Part shown: positions 11,135 to 20,276 of the stretch, one piece after another
Position numbering within the stretch: the stretch's first letter is position 1
Layout: each line of letters opens with the position of its first letter
NCBI RefSeq assembly: GCF_018336915.1
Contig: NZ_CP064923.1
Span: forward strand, 3,360,001 to 3,392,000
Length of the DNA stretch: 32,000 nucleotides
Source of the DNA: Acaryochloris marina S15
GTDB taxonomy: Bacteria > Cyanobacteriota > Cyanobacteriia > Thermosynechococcales > Thermosynechococcaceae
Direction: 5' to 3'
Program-made: the position numbers and the translations under genes
Notes under the pieces: model-generated
The model's database searches: none
Told to the model about the DNA's origin: nothing
The model's input: only the letters and a program-made list of their open reading frames with translations

Positions 11135-12265
11135 ATGAATATCATTATTTTTAATAGTTTATTATTACCTCCATCTCAAACTTTCATCCGAGATCCAGCA
11201 GAAAAACTAGAGCGGTTTACGGCCTATTACGTAGGGTCTCGCAGAGTTGAAGGACTGGAATTACCGTTAGAGAGGACATTGGTTGTTAATCAAGGTAATC
11301 TTCTCGGCAAGATTGAAGAACAGGTATTTAAACTAACCGGTTTTGCTCCCCAACTTTATCAGCAGATCAAGGCATTGAAACCAGCACTGATCCATGCTCA
11401 ATTTGGTTTAAGTGGTGTACTCATGCTTCCTTGGGTCAAAGCTCTGGATATTCCTCTGATTGTTCACTATAGAGGAGCAGATGCCACTATATCTGAAGCA
11501 GATTCGAAGTACACTTCATTGAATCATTGGCTGTACTTTCAGAAAAAAGAGACCCTCAAGAACAAAGCGCAACTATTCCTCACCGTCTCTCAGTTTATAC
11601 GCCAGAAACTCATAGCTCAGGGATTTCCTGAAGACAAGATTCTCAACCATTATCATGGTGTTGATATCCAGAAGTTTTGGGCAGATCCAAACATTGCTCG
11701 TGGACCCATTGTCTTGTTCGTGGGACGTCTTACCGAGAAGAAAGGATGTAAGTATCTGCTTGAGGCCATGTCTATGGTCCAGAGAGAATGCTCTGATGTT
11801 GAGTTAGTCATCATTGGCGATGGGCCCCTCAGATCTGAGTTAGAAACAATAGCTCAAAAGAGTCTTAAAAGATATCAATTCCTGGGGGTTCAGCCACCAG
11901 AAGTAGTGAAATCCTGGATGAATCGAGCACGCCTATTAGCAGCACCTAGCGTTACGTCGTCAAAAGGAGATGCAGAAGGATTACCGAATGTTGTTCTGGA
12001 AGCACAAGCGATGTCATTACCGGTTGTGAGTACAGTGCATGCTGGAATCCCTGAAGCCGTTGTTGATGGTGTAACTGGCTATTTATCCCCAGAGGCTGAT
12101 TCCCAAGGCCTAGCTAATTCTATGGTGCGTCTATTTCAAGATCACACCCTATGGCAAACCATGAGTTATAAAGGGCGTGAACATGTTGAAACCCAATTTG
12201 ATCGAGCAAAACAAACTAAGGTATTAGAAGGAATCTATGAATCTGTTTTGAGTGGCGAAATCTAG
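11135..12265 (+). CDS. Glycosyltransferase, GT4 family
   Basis: 376-aa ORF. Motifs: LFVGRLTEKKGCKYL...VIIGDGPLR...AEGLPNVVLEAQAMSLPVVST. Confidence 0.85.
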   Translation: MNIIIFNSLLLPPSQTFIRDPAEKLERFTAYYVGSRRVEGLELPLERTLVVNQGNLLGKIEEQVFKLTGFAPQLYQQIKALKPALIHAQFGLSGVLMLPWVKALDIPLIVHYRGADATISEADSKYTSLNHWLYFQKKETLKNKAQLFLTVSQFIRQKLIAQGFPEDKILNHYHGVDIQKFWADPNIARGPIVLFVGRLTEKKGCKYLLEAMSMVQRECSDVELVIIGDGPLRSELETIAQKSLKRYQFLGVQPPEVVKSWMNRARLLAAPSVTSSKGDAEGLPNVVLEAQAMSLPVVSTVHAGIPEAVVDGVTGYLSPEADSQGLANSMVRLFQDHTLWQTMSYKGREHVETQFDRAKQTKVLEGIYESVLSGEI

Positions 12266-12442
12266 AGCTTTTTGACCATCCCTGCAACTCTCTCTGATAA
12301 ATCTGGGTCAACGAATAGGTCGTAATAGTAGAAGGTTGTTTTTCCGCAATTCAGTCACCGCATAAGGGTGAGACCATCGATCTTGACTTTAATATCTATC
12401 GGCTTGCATTAATTTTTCTTGGATTTTGAAATAGGCCACTGT

Positions 12443-13606
12443 ATGCGTATTCTTAGTGTTCACAACTATTACAAAATTCGAGGAGGTGAAGACGAATCTT
12501 GTAAATCTGAGAAATCTCTATTGAGAGAGATGGGACATCTCGTCGATGAATATGAGAAAGACAACATTTCGATCCCTTCATATCGGAGTTTACAACTCGC
12601 TGCCCAAACAATTTGGTCTCAAGAGTCCTACCGAGCGGTGAGGAAGAAACTACAACAACACTCTTATGATGTTATTCATGTCCAAAACTCTTTCCCTTTA
12701 ATTTCACCTTCTGTCTATTATGCCGCACAAGCAGAAGGGGTCCCTGTCATCCAAACAATCCGAAATTATCGATTGTTATGTCCCAATGCTCTATTTTTTC
12801 GCCAAGGGAATGTCTGTGAAGACTGTCTCAATAAGGCTATCCCGTTGCCTGGAGTAATCCATGGCTGCTATCGAAATAATCGCTTAGCGAGTGGCATTAC
12901 CGCAGGCATGATCAGCATCCACCGTTTGCTGAAAACATGGGATCGAAAGGTAGATAAGTACATTGCACTGACTCACTTTGCTAGGAATAAATTAATCCAA
13001 GGTGGTTTGCCAGCCAATAAGATTATCGTCAAACCAAATTTTGTTAACCCAGATCCTGGTGTCGGCTCCGGCAAAGGCGAATTTGCTTTATATGTGGGTC
13101 GGCTATCCGTTGAGAAAGGTCTAGACACGCTATTGTCTGCCTGGGATAAGTTACATTCCCCTTTTCCCCTTCGCATTGTTGGCGATGGACCTTTATCCGA
13201 ATTAGTTCTTGACAAGATAAAAGAGTCTCCCCATATTTCCTGGTTAGGCCGTAAATCAATTGATGAGGTTCACCAACTAATGGGTGAAGCCTCCTTTTTG
13301 ATTTTCCCCTCTAAATGGTATGAAACCTTTGGTAGGGTGGCGATAGAAGCCTTTGCAAAGGGAACTCCAGTGATTGCTTCCCAGATTGGTGCAATTGCAG
13401 AATTAGTAGAACATAAGAGAACTGGCTTACAGTTTCAGCCTGGTGATTCTCTAGATTTAGCAGAGCAAGTTGAATGGGCTCTTTCTCATCCTGATGAACT
13501 GCAACAAATGCGAATAGAAGTCCGAAAAGAGTTTGAAGCGAAATATACAGCAGGGGCTAATTACAAACAACTCATTGAAATTTATCAAATGGCTGCCAGT
13601 AATTAA
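12443..13606 (+). CDS. Glycosyltransferase, GT4 family
   Basis: 387 aa from the ATG at 12443 (MRILSVHNYYKIRGGED is a typical GT4 N-terminus). The track's TTG start at 12419 adds 8 unlikely residues. C-terminal motifs: LYVGRLSVEKG...IVGDGPL...FPSKWYETFGRVAIEAFAKGTPVIAS. Confidence 0.85.
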   Translation: MRILSVHNYYKIRGGEDESCKSEKSLLREMGHLVDEYEKDNISIPSYRSLQLAAQTIWSQESYRAVRKKLQQHSYDVIHVQNSFPLISPSVYYAAQAEGVPVIQTIRNYRLLCPNALFFRQGNVCEDCLNKAIPLPGVIHGCYRNNRLASGITAGMISIHRLLKTWDRKVDKYIALTHFARNKLIQGGLPANKIIVKPNFVNPDPGVGSGKGEFALYVGRLSVEKGLDTLLSAWDKLHSPFPLRIVGDGPLSELVLDKIKESPHISWLGRKSIDEVHQLMGEASFLIFPSKWYETFGRVAIEAFAKGTPVIASQIGAIAELVEHKRTGLQFQPGDSLDLAEQVEWALSHPDELQQMRIEVRKEFEAKYTAGANYKQLIEIYQMAASN

Positions 13607-13633
13607 TGCCTTCTAAATTTACAAATTAAAAAA

Positions 13634-15010
13634 ATGAGTATTAATCAATTTACGAATATTAAACGCCAAAATTATTATAGAACTTCTACACTTATCCTGG
13701 TAGCTTTTGCGACAGCATTTTTGCCTCGTATTATTACCACTGTGGGTGCTCCAAAACCACTAAATTTTCTTCATTTCATTGCTGTTCCATTTGCTTGTAT
13801 TCTAGCAATTTCGCAAAGTAAATCTAAAGATGCCAAACAAATTAATATTGCTTGGCTAGTTATTGCTGGGTTATTAGTCTACCTAACAATCATGACTGCT
13901 AGCGCTCTGATCAATCAGGCTGGAATTATTAATTTGGTGGTAGATTACTTGCTTAAAGTAGAGCCTTTCCTCTTGCTTTTAGCTATAACAAGTATTCCTC
14001 TATCTATCCAGAGTTATGAGTTTATTCGGAAATGGTTGATCCGATTTTGCTTCTCTCATATCTTTTTGATATATGGCCAATACTTTTTATTTATTGTGCT
14101 CGGACGTCATCCTAAAGCAGGCAATCCAGATTATGTACAAGGAATATTTTATGAATCTGGATCAGGACATGTTGTTGGTGCTTCGGTTGGATTGACCTTT
14201 GGGTTATATTATTTTTTCTTTGCGAAGGCGGCACCCATTTGGATCAGAATATCGGTGCTATTTGCAACCTTTTGGGGAATGCTCCTGGCAGATGCAAAGC
14301 AGGTATTATTCACTTTTATAATTGCGGGTGGGATTTTATTTCTTTCGAAGACTAAAGATATTGTTGAAACCCTTAAATACCTGATTCCTGGTCTTATTTT
14401 CACGGTTGTTTTTTTGTGGTGTGTCCAGAACGTACCTGCTTTTGGAGCCTTTAACACTTGGATGAGACCAGACATATATGGTTCTGATGGTGAAGCAACG
14501 TTATTAAAAACAGCTTCTTTACGAATCATTCCTACTTTCTATGAGACTCCATTGAATATGTTTCTGGGTTTAGGCCCAGGACATTCTGTCGGTAGGCTAG
14601 GGGGCTGGATGTTGCGAGAGTATGAAGATTTGCTAGCCCCTCTAGGCTCTAGCATTCATCCGGCAAGTGGTGCCGTTTGGGGCGCTGTAAGTGATAGTTG
14701 GCTAGGAGATCAGTCCAGTATGTTCTCACCCTTATTCGGTTGGGCAGGGATCTGGGGAGATACAGGATTGTTTGGCTTAGGTGCTTATTTATTTCTGTAT
14801 ATTTTGGTTTTTATTTACTTATGCCAGGATGACTTCTCCAAATTCTGCTGGCTAACTGTTTTAGCCCATGGCTTAATTTTTTCACAAATGGAGGAGCCAG
14901 GTTTTATGCTGTTTATCGTCATGATTATCGGTTTGCAGTGGCAGTACAAACGAATTAAGGAGCTTCATCTCAAAGAGCTACGGTATTCTGCCTATTCCCA
15001 AAACTATTAG
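13634..15010 (+). CDS. Polytopic membrane protein, probable O-antigen polymerase/ligase (Wzy-like)
   Basis: 458-aa ORF that is strongly hydrophobic with roughly 10 or more predicted TM segments. A large loop precedes GLGPGHSVG and a following amphipathic/hydrophobic block, as in Wzy_C/O-antigen-ligase proteins. It lies 27 nt downstream of four GT genes on the same strand. The assignment rests on context and topology only. Confidence 0.5.
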   Translation: MSINQFTNIKRQNYYRTSTLILVAFATAFLPRIITTVGAPKPLNFLHFIAVPFACILAISQSKSKDAKQINIAWLVIAGLLVYLTIMTASALINQAGIINLVVDYLLKVEPFLLLLAITSIPLSIQSYEFIRKWLIRFCFSHIFLIYGQYFLFIVLGRHPKAGNPDYVQGIFYESGSGHVVGASVGLTFGLYYFFFAKAAPIWIRISVLFATFWGMLLADAKQVLFTFIIAGGILFLSKTKDIVETLKYLIPGLIFTVVFLWCVQNVPAFGAFNTWMRPDIYGSDGEATLLKTASLRIIPTFYETPLNMFLGLGPGHSVGRLGGWMLREYEDLLAPLGSSIHPASGAVWGAVSDSWLGDQSSMFSPLFGWAGIWGDTGLFGLGAYLFLYILVFIYLCQDDFSKFCWLTVLAHGLIFSQMEEPGFMLFIVMIIGLQWQYKRIKELHLKELRYSAYSQNY

Positions 15011-15015
15011 ATTCT

Positions 15016-15062
15016 GGCCCATACTTTTTCTTGACCTCCTCAAACTATGGGCCTGTCTTTTT
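15016..15062 (+). terminator. Terminator-like hairpin after the glycosyltransferase/Wzy cluster
   Basis: GGCCCATA (15016-15023) pairs with TATGGGCC (15046-15053) around a 22-nt loop. TGTCTTTTT follows. It sits in the convergent gap before the TPR gene. Confidence 0.35.
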
Positions 15063-15100
15063 ATCAGAATGGGTTGTTCAAGAAATGTAGAGTTTATGTC

Positions 15101-16954
15101 CTAAGCTAAGGATTGCCGATATTCTGCTAACAGTTTTGGTAAATAATCATAACCATCAACGCCAATAATCATCAGCAATTGCTTTCGAAGATGACTTAGG
15201 TATTCCTGAAAAGCCTCGGGACCTAGCTGTCCATAAAGGATGCTGAGTAAGCCAGCGGGTTGACGCCAGGTTGATGATTCGATTTGAAACATTAAGTACA
15301 TGGCTAAGCTACCGGTGTAAATAGCATTTTCAATATTTCCGAGTTCACGATAGGCTTCTGCTAAGTAGCAATAATTGAGGCTGACCAGCCATTGATCGCC
15401 AATAATTTCGGCGATACGTGTTCCTTGCTCAAGGATTGTAATGGCTGCTTGATATTTACCCATGATGACTAGCACGATGCCCAAGCTGTTAGTACACAAC
15501 GCCTGACTGGGACGATCTCCCAGTTGCTCAGAGAGTTGTAGACCTTGCTCTAAATAAGGAAGGACGTTTTCATATCGCTGAGTATCTAATGGGTCTTCGG
15601 CCTGAATATGGAGAACTTCGCTATAACCAAAGTTGGCGAGAGCATTAGCTTCTCCCAATCGATCTCCACCTTGACGGGCAAGAATTAAGGCTCTCTGGCT
15701 GCTGGTGATCGCTGCAGAATACTCATGTTGTGAGAGATAGGTTCGACTTAAGTGGTTATAACTAGCAACCTCACAACGGAGATCTTGGGCCACACGAGCA
15801 ATTTCCAGCGATTGCTCATGAAAACTGAGGGCTAGGTCATCGTGGCCAAGAGCTTGTTGTGTATACCCCAAAAGGATGAGAATACGAGCTTTTATGCCTG
15901 TGTTAGGGGTTTGTTTCAAGGGACTATCCAGATAGTCTAGGAGGGTTTGTAGCGATTCACCTGAAAGGGCTGTAAACAATCCACCGTATAGGGGGAAGTA
16001 GGATTGTTGAGCAAAGTGGACTAACCCTTGCAATGCCATTTGAAAACAGGCTTCGGTCAGAATGGGTTGTCCTAATTGTTGAGACCGTTGTGAAAGCTGC
16101 CCCCAGACAATGGTGAAGGTTAAGTAGGTAGCGATGGAAAGACGTTTGCCTGCTTTGGAGTCATAGGGTTGCTGATCAAACCAGCGGACAAGGTTAGTTT
16201 GCAGTTTTTGCAAAACTAGAGCTAATTCTAGCCAATCGCTAATCTGAACAGGTTGTCCGATTCCGGCTTTTGTAATTTCCTGATGTTGGGCCAAGTCCAT
16301 AAAGACTTGCTGGAGGAATTGACTATCGACCGTCTTGGCCCAATGGCTCCAGGGACCCTGTTGTTCAGTAATATTCCCAAATCCAAGGGAGCTTTGGCTC
16401 TGGCTGTAGATCCAGTTCACCACTTGGGTCTCAATTTGTTGCCACGAGTCCAACCCTTGTTGGAGTCCTCTTGCTATCCCAATTAGAGCAGTTGATTCAG
16501 ACGGTTCCAGATTATTAGGGGAGTGACTCTCTTGCTCAAGTGACTGTTTTAGCTGGCGAAGTTGGTCTAAAGTTAAAATTTCTTTCTGATTCGGATCGAG
16601 CACCATTAATAGATGCTGTAATCTCTGTTCATCAGGCGCTACCAATAAAGCCTGAACTAGATTGGTCAATACGGTATTACCCTGGTTTTGCTTTTGCCAT
16701 CGTTCCCATTCACTTTGGATGGTCTTGAGGGCTCTTTGCTTACGAATGGCTTTGGCTTGCTTGAGTTCATCGTCAGCTTCTAGCAGTCCTTTAAGTGCAT
16801 CTATACGCGTTTGTAAGCATCTTTCAAAGAGTTCTCCAGTCCCAGCGCTAATTTCTGCTTCTAAGATGTGGTAAATCTGCTCTTTGGAGCGAATATTGCC
16901 TTTCAACGTATCTGCAACAATCTGATCTAGGAGTTCAAGGTAGTGATCGCGCAT
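15101..16954 (-). CDS. Tetratricopeptide-repeat (TPR) protein
   Basis: 617-aa ORF. The C-terminal ~270 aa contain repeated TPR-like units (A..Y..LG..Y...G.Y..A). The N-terminal ~330 aa are helical with no domain I recognise. Confidence 0.7.
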   Translation of the reverse strand: MRDHYLELLDQIVADTLKGNIRSKEQIYHILEAEISAGTGELFERCLQTRIDALKGLLEADDELKQAKAIRKQRALKTIQSEWERWQKQNQGNTVLTNLVQALLVAPDEQRLQHLLMVLDPNQKEILTLDQLRQLKQSLEQESHSPNNLEPSESTALIGIARGLQQGLDSWQQIETQVVNWIYSQSQSSLGFGNITEQQGPWSHWAKTVDSQFLQQVFMDLAQHQEITKAGIGQPVQISDWLELALVLQKLQTNLVRWFDQQPYDSKAGKRLSIATYLTFTIVWGQLSQRSQQLGQPILTEACFQMALQGLVHFAQQSYFPLYGGLFTALSGESLQTLLDYLDSPLKQTPNTGIKARILILLGYTQQALGHDDLALSFHEQSLEIARVAQDLRCEVASYNHLSRTYLSQHEYSAAITSSQRALILARQGGDRLGEANALANFGYSEVLHIQAEDPLDTQRYENVLPYLEQGLQLSEQLGDRPSQALCTNSLGIVLVIMGKYQAAITILEQGTRIAEIIGDQWLVSLNYCYLAEAYRELGNIENAIYTGSLAMYLMFQIESSTWRQPAGLLSILYGQLGPEAFQEYLSHLRKQLLMIIGVDGYDYLPKLLAEYRQSLA

Positions 16955-17087
16955 GGGTTCATGGGTTTGAATTGGTCTTAGCCTAGCAAATACCGTTGAC
17001 TAGAGAGTAGTGGCTCATTTGTTGGGGTATAACAAGGATCGGGGAAAATAGACTAAACAGTAAATCAGGTATAAGGATAGTCGGGTT

Positions 17088-18032
17088 TTGCAAATTACCT
17101 TTCTAGGTACAAGTTCAGGAGTGCCTACGAGATCACGCAATGTCTCTAGTGTTGCCCTTCGATTGCCTCAAAGGGCAGAGATATGGTTGTTTGACTGTGG
17201 TGAAGGAACTCAACATCAACTGTTGAGGAGTGAGTTGAAGAGCAGCCAACTCAGACGCATATTTATCACCCATATGCATGGGGACCATATTTTTGGCTTG
17301 ATGGGATTGTTAGCGAGCTGTGGTTTGGCTGGTAATACGGAACGGATTGATATCTATGGTCCTGCAGGTTTAGAGGAATATTTGCAAGCTTGTCGACGCT
17401 ATTCTCAAACGCATTTCTCTTATCCGATACAAGTTCATACGGTTCAACCAGGAGAAGTTTTTTCGGATCAAGATTATTCAGTTGTCTGTGCTCCGCTGAA
17501 ACATCGGGTTCCGGCTTTTGGGTATCGGATACAAGAATGCGATCGCTCCGGCCGTTTCGATACTAATAAAGCCATCAGCATGGGAATACCTGCAGGACCA
17601 CTATATGGGCGCTTAAAGCGGGGAGAACGCATTACTTTGCCCGATGGGCGCACTTTTTTAGGCCAAGATTTTTGTGGACCTCAAGAGGTTGGACGAAAAA
17701 TTTCCTACTGCACCGACACAATCTATTGTCCAGAAGCGGTTGAGTTGTCAAGGGATGCCGATGTTGTAATTCATGAATCCACCTTTTCCCATCAAGAAGC
17801 CGAATTAGCCTATCAACGCCTGCATTCGACCTCTACAATGGCGGCACAAGTTGCCCAGACTGCAGGGGCTAAAAAACTCTTCCTAACGCACTTTAGCCCT
17901 CGATATGCCCCTAATGGTGCAACTGGGTTACAAGAACTTTTGGCGGAAGCAAGTGCCATCTTTCCCCATACCGAGTTAGCTTATGATTTCCTGAACTATC
18001 AAGTGCCTCGTCGCACACTTGCAACCGTGTAG
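17088..18032 (+). CDS. rnz: Ribonuclease Z (tRNA 3' endonuclease)
   Basis: 314-aa ORF with the canonical N-terminus (M)QITFLGTSSGVPTRSRNVSS and the metallo-beta-lactamase motif THMHGDHIFGL. It has a TTG start with AAGGA 11 nt upstream and no in-frame ATG nearby. Confidence 0.93.
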   Translation: MQITFLGTSSGVPTRSRNVSSVALRLPQRAEIWLFDCGEGTQHQLLRSELKSSQLRRIFITHMHGDHIFGLMGLLASCGLAGNTERIDIYGPAGLEEYLQACRRYSQTHFSYPIQVHTVQPGEVFSDQDYSVVCAPLKHRVPAFGYRIQECDRSGRFDTNKAISMGIPAGPLYGRLKRGERITLPDGRTFLGQDFCGPQEVGRKISYCTDTIYCPEAVELSRDADVVIHESTFSHQEAELAYQRLHSTSTMAAQVAQTAGAKKLFLTHFSPRYAPNGATGLQELLAEASAIFPHTELAYDFLNYQVPRRTLATV

Positions 18033-18057
18033 AGGGGTTTCTGTCAACGGTTGTATC

Positions 18058-18083
18058 GGGCGTATTTAGCGGATCGGGGATGC
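18058..18083. repeat. IS left terminal inverted repeat
   Basis: GGGCGTATTTAGCGGATCGGGGATGC. The reverse complement of 19518-19543 is GGGCGTAAGCAAAGGATCGGGGATGC. The outer 7 and inner 12 positions are identical. Confidence 0.75.
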
Positions 18084-19457
18084 CTTAGTTTTCGGAATGG
18101 TCACCTCTGGGAATAAGGAGTCAAACCGTTCATTGACCCAGGCAATTCTCAAGATCAGTAAATGGTTGAAACCATCCTCACTCCAGCGCATGCCAACTCC
18201 CTTAAAGCGCTGCTGAATCAACCACTTGCATGCACTTTCAACCATTCCTGACCCGAGAGGAATCTGTTGCTGTTCAAAGTGCCGATAACGGATGTGGTTA
18301 TGATGGCGTTGGAAATAAGCCTGCACCTGGAGCAACGTTGAAAAAGACTTTCCCGTTAACAGTTGTGAGTGAATCAATATCGTCAAGGACCGTAATACAA
18401 GTAGGTGTTGCCCGTGTCGCAATTGGTGTCGCCAGTGCCGGAACCAGGCTTGGGCTTGAGCAGAGCGGGCATCTCCAAACATCGCTTTAGTTGCTCGTGC
18501 CAGATGGCCTGCTGAATGAAAAAAGTCGAGGACTGCCACAGCACAATGAGAGAACAAGGTGCGATAGACTCGCCAGAAGCCTCGTCCCCCATCACTGAGC
18601 CAGATGACTTTTGGAGCAGATTCAAAGTCTTGTTTGTGAGCTTCGAGTTGAAGTAAAGGGATGAACTGGTCGATATCGCCCAATACTGCCACCAGTCTTC
18701 GACGCAGTAATTGGGGGACCTCCTTTTTAGCTCGGGTAACCCGTGTTCCCAGGCGAGCTAAGATGGCGACTTTGACTTCTCGCCACTGGATTTTTCCCTT
18801 GGGTGAGTTCGGGGTGGGGCGAAAGGGGACCATCACACCATCGGCGGCAATGGCCAAAGGTAGAGCAGATAACATCTCTGAAATCGCTTCACAAGGGGCC
18901 TGAGTCCCTGATGATTGAGCGTTGAGTTGAGCTTCTAATTCCTGCTGAGCTTTGTTACCCACGGATTGCACCCAGTTCCACAAACTGGATGGACTCACGG
19001 ATAGACCACTCCACTGACCCAGCATCCAACTGGCCAGTTCATAGGGCATGAACAGACTCAACAAGCAGCCCAGACGCACCAGTTCTTCGCTGCTGTGCTG
19101 ATAGGGGGCAATCCCAATGGCTTGATCCAGGGGAGTCAACAGACTGCCTGGACATCCTTTGGGACAACGGCCCACCCGTCGCTTTCAAGAGATAGTGCCT
19201 ACCAGTGTCTGCATCTGACGAGATTCCCATCCCTTCGAATGTAAGCGGGTTCCGCAGGTAGTACATACAGGCCATACAAATACTGCTTTCGCGCGCCTTG
19301 AGAGTTCATCCTCCAGAAGACAGCGAGCTAGAAACAAGCCCATTTGCAGAACGATATAAACCATCTGACTCAGGCTGGTTGATACTTTGAGTGCTTCAGT
19401 TTGTTCTAGAAATTCGTCATGGGCTAGCACGGTTAGCAATTGCGATGGTAGGGTCAT
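18066..19457 (-). pseudogene. Transposase interrupted by an in-frame TGA
   Basis: Track ORFs 19185..19457 (90 aa) and 18066..19175 (369 aa) share one frame. They are separated only by TGA (19185-19187) and three sense codons: ...LVGTIS*KRRVGRCPKGCPG... Joined, the frame would give ~463 aa. Confidence 0.75.
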
Positions 19458-19517
19458 GATAGTTTTTTGGTTCGGGTACAGGATCTATTGTCCTTGACCC
19501 GTTTTTCTTTGAGCCAT

Positions 19518-19543
19518 GCATCCCCGATCCTTTGCTTACGCCC
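19518..19543. repeat. IS right terminal inverted repeat
   Basis: GCATCCCCGATCCTTTGCTTACGCCC, partner of 18058-18083. It lies 60 nt upstream of the transposase ATG. Confidence 0.75.
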
Positions 19544-19704
19544 GGTTGTATCGGGAAAACATAGGTTAACAAGTCTAGTTAAAAATGAGTTTTTGAGAAG
19601 AAAGTACATCTATTTCCCAATTTCTTCACACTTTAAATTTATCCTCAGTATCTGAAAGAGTTCTAAAAAAGCTCTGTTTTATTACTTTGGTGGAGGTATT
19701 TGAA

Positions 19705-19998
19705 GTGAAACTTAAACTCATCCCAGCATTACTAACTTTAGGACTAGCCACATTCCTTGGCGCTTGTGAAACAGTTAGCGAAAATGCTCCAACTCAACCT
19801 GGGAGCGAAGCAGACGTCCCTCAGGGTGGTGCAGAATTAGAAGATACAGAAAGTCCCAAGTATCCCCCTGTACCTGATGCAGTTCCTGGTGATAGCCCTG
19901 ACGAAACTTCTGGGATTCCCGCTGTACCTGATGCTGAAGCCCCTGCAATTCCAGATGCACCTGATGCAACAGACTCGACTGCCCCTCAAGCTCCTTAA
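19705..19998 (+). CDS. Small Pro/Asp/Ala-rich lipoprotein
   Basis: GTG at 19705 has GGAGG 8 nt upstream and gives 97 aa. VKLKLIPALLTLGLATFLGAC is a signal peptide with an L-G-A-C lipobox. The mature part is acidic and low-complexity with repeated (A/P)VPDA / IPDAPDA units. The track ORF starts 6 codons earlier at a TTG. Confidence 0.65.
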   Translation: MKLKLIPALLTLGLATFLGACETVSENAPTQPGSEADVPQGGAELEDTESPKYPPVPDAVPGDSPDETSGIPAVPDAEAPAIPDAPDATDSTAPQAP

Positions 19999-20021
19999 GT
20001 TTTAGAAGCAAAATTTCCCCA

Positions 20022-20055
20022 TTCAACTGTTTCTTTGTGAAGAAACAGTTGAATC
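20022..20055 (+). terminator. Strong hairpin downstream of the lipoprotein gene
   Basis: ATTCAACTGTTTCTT-TGTG-AAGAAACAGTTGAAT is a perfect 15-bp stem with a 4-nt loop, 24 nt after the stop. No classic U-run follows (CCCTTCTTG). Confidence 0.55.
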
Positions 20056-20151
20056 CCTTCTTGACTTGGAAAACTTAATTTTTGGCACAAGTCGCAAATG
20101 CTGTTTTGGTTCGTCCACAGTCGTGTGCATCCAAATCTCTCTGAATAGAGC

Positions 20152-20168
20152 AATTGTCAAGTTGACAA
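20152..20168. promoter_or_regulatory. Perfect palindrome ATTGTCAA-G-TTGACAAT (candidate operator overlapping a TTGACA -35-like hexamer)
   Basis: 8-bp arms with a 1-nt spacer, ~110 nt upstream of the 20277 start codon. It contains the consensus -35 hexamer TTGACA (20161-20166). No good -10 lies at 17 nt. Confidence 0.3.
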
Positions 20169-20276
20169 TAGTTGAATGAATAGCCTTATTCAGAACAAAA
20201 GCATTTACAACATTAATGAGCTGAGTTTTACAGATCACTCCAGACCATTCGTTACCTATTTTCATTAGGAGTACCT

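Larger units (their letters stand above)
18058..19543 (-). mobile_element. Insertion sequence (~1.49 kb, single DDE-type transposase, probably ISKra4-like)
   Basis: The element is bounded by 26-bp imperfect inverted repeats (21/26 identical). It is flanked by a perfect 9-bp direct repeat GGTTGTATC (18049-18057 and 19544-19552). One long transposase reading frame fills the element and its stop lies inside IR-L. The family call is from memory of similar N-terminal Cys-pair/RRVGRCPxGC proteins and is not verified. Confidence 0.8.

Noticed and set aside
9367-16874. Nested or antisense ORFs in the GT cluster, the Wzy-like gene and the TPR gene (9367..9735, 12973..13215, 13044..13259, 14209..14529, 16253..16486, 16540..16728, 16662..16874)
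   Set aside because: They overlap better-supported genes. No SD, motif or domain evidence supports them.
19185-19187. In-frame TGA in the transposase considered as selenocysteine or a Trp reassignment
   Set aside because: Other genes in the window terminate normally at TGA (for example ctp at 4156-4158), so TGA is a stop here. I see no convincing SECIS-like hairpin immediately downstream. A nonsense mutation is the simplest explanation, and read-through is kept only as an alternative in the finding.
18230-19275. Short ORFs inside the IS (18230..18490 +, 18383..18625 -, 18661..18903 +, 19039..19275 -)
   Set aside because: All are nested within or antisense to the long transposase frame. None has independent support.
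20023-20265. 80-aa minus-strand ORF between the lipoprotein and repeat-protein genes
   Set aside because: It would start inside the SD/5' region of the 20277 gene and read through the strong 20022-20055 hairpin. The product is featureless.
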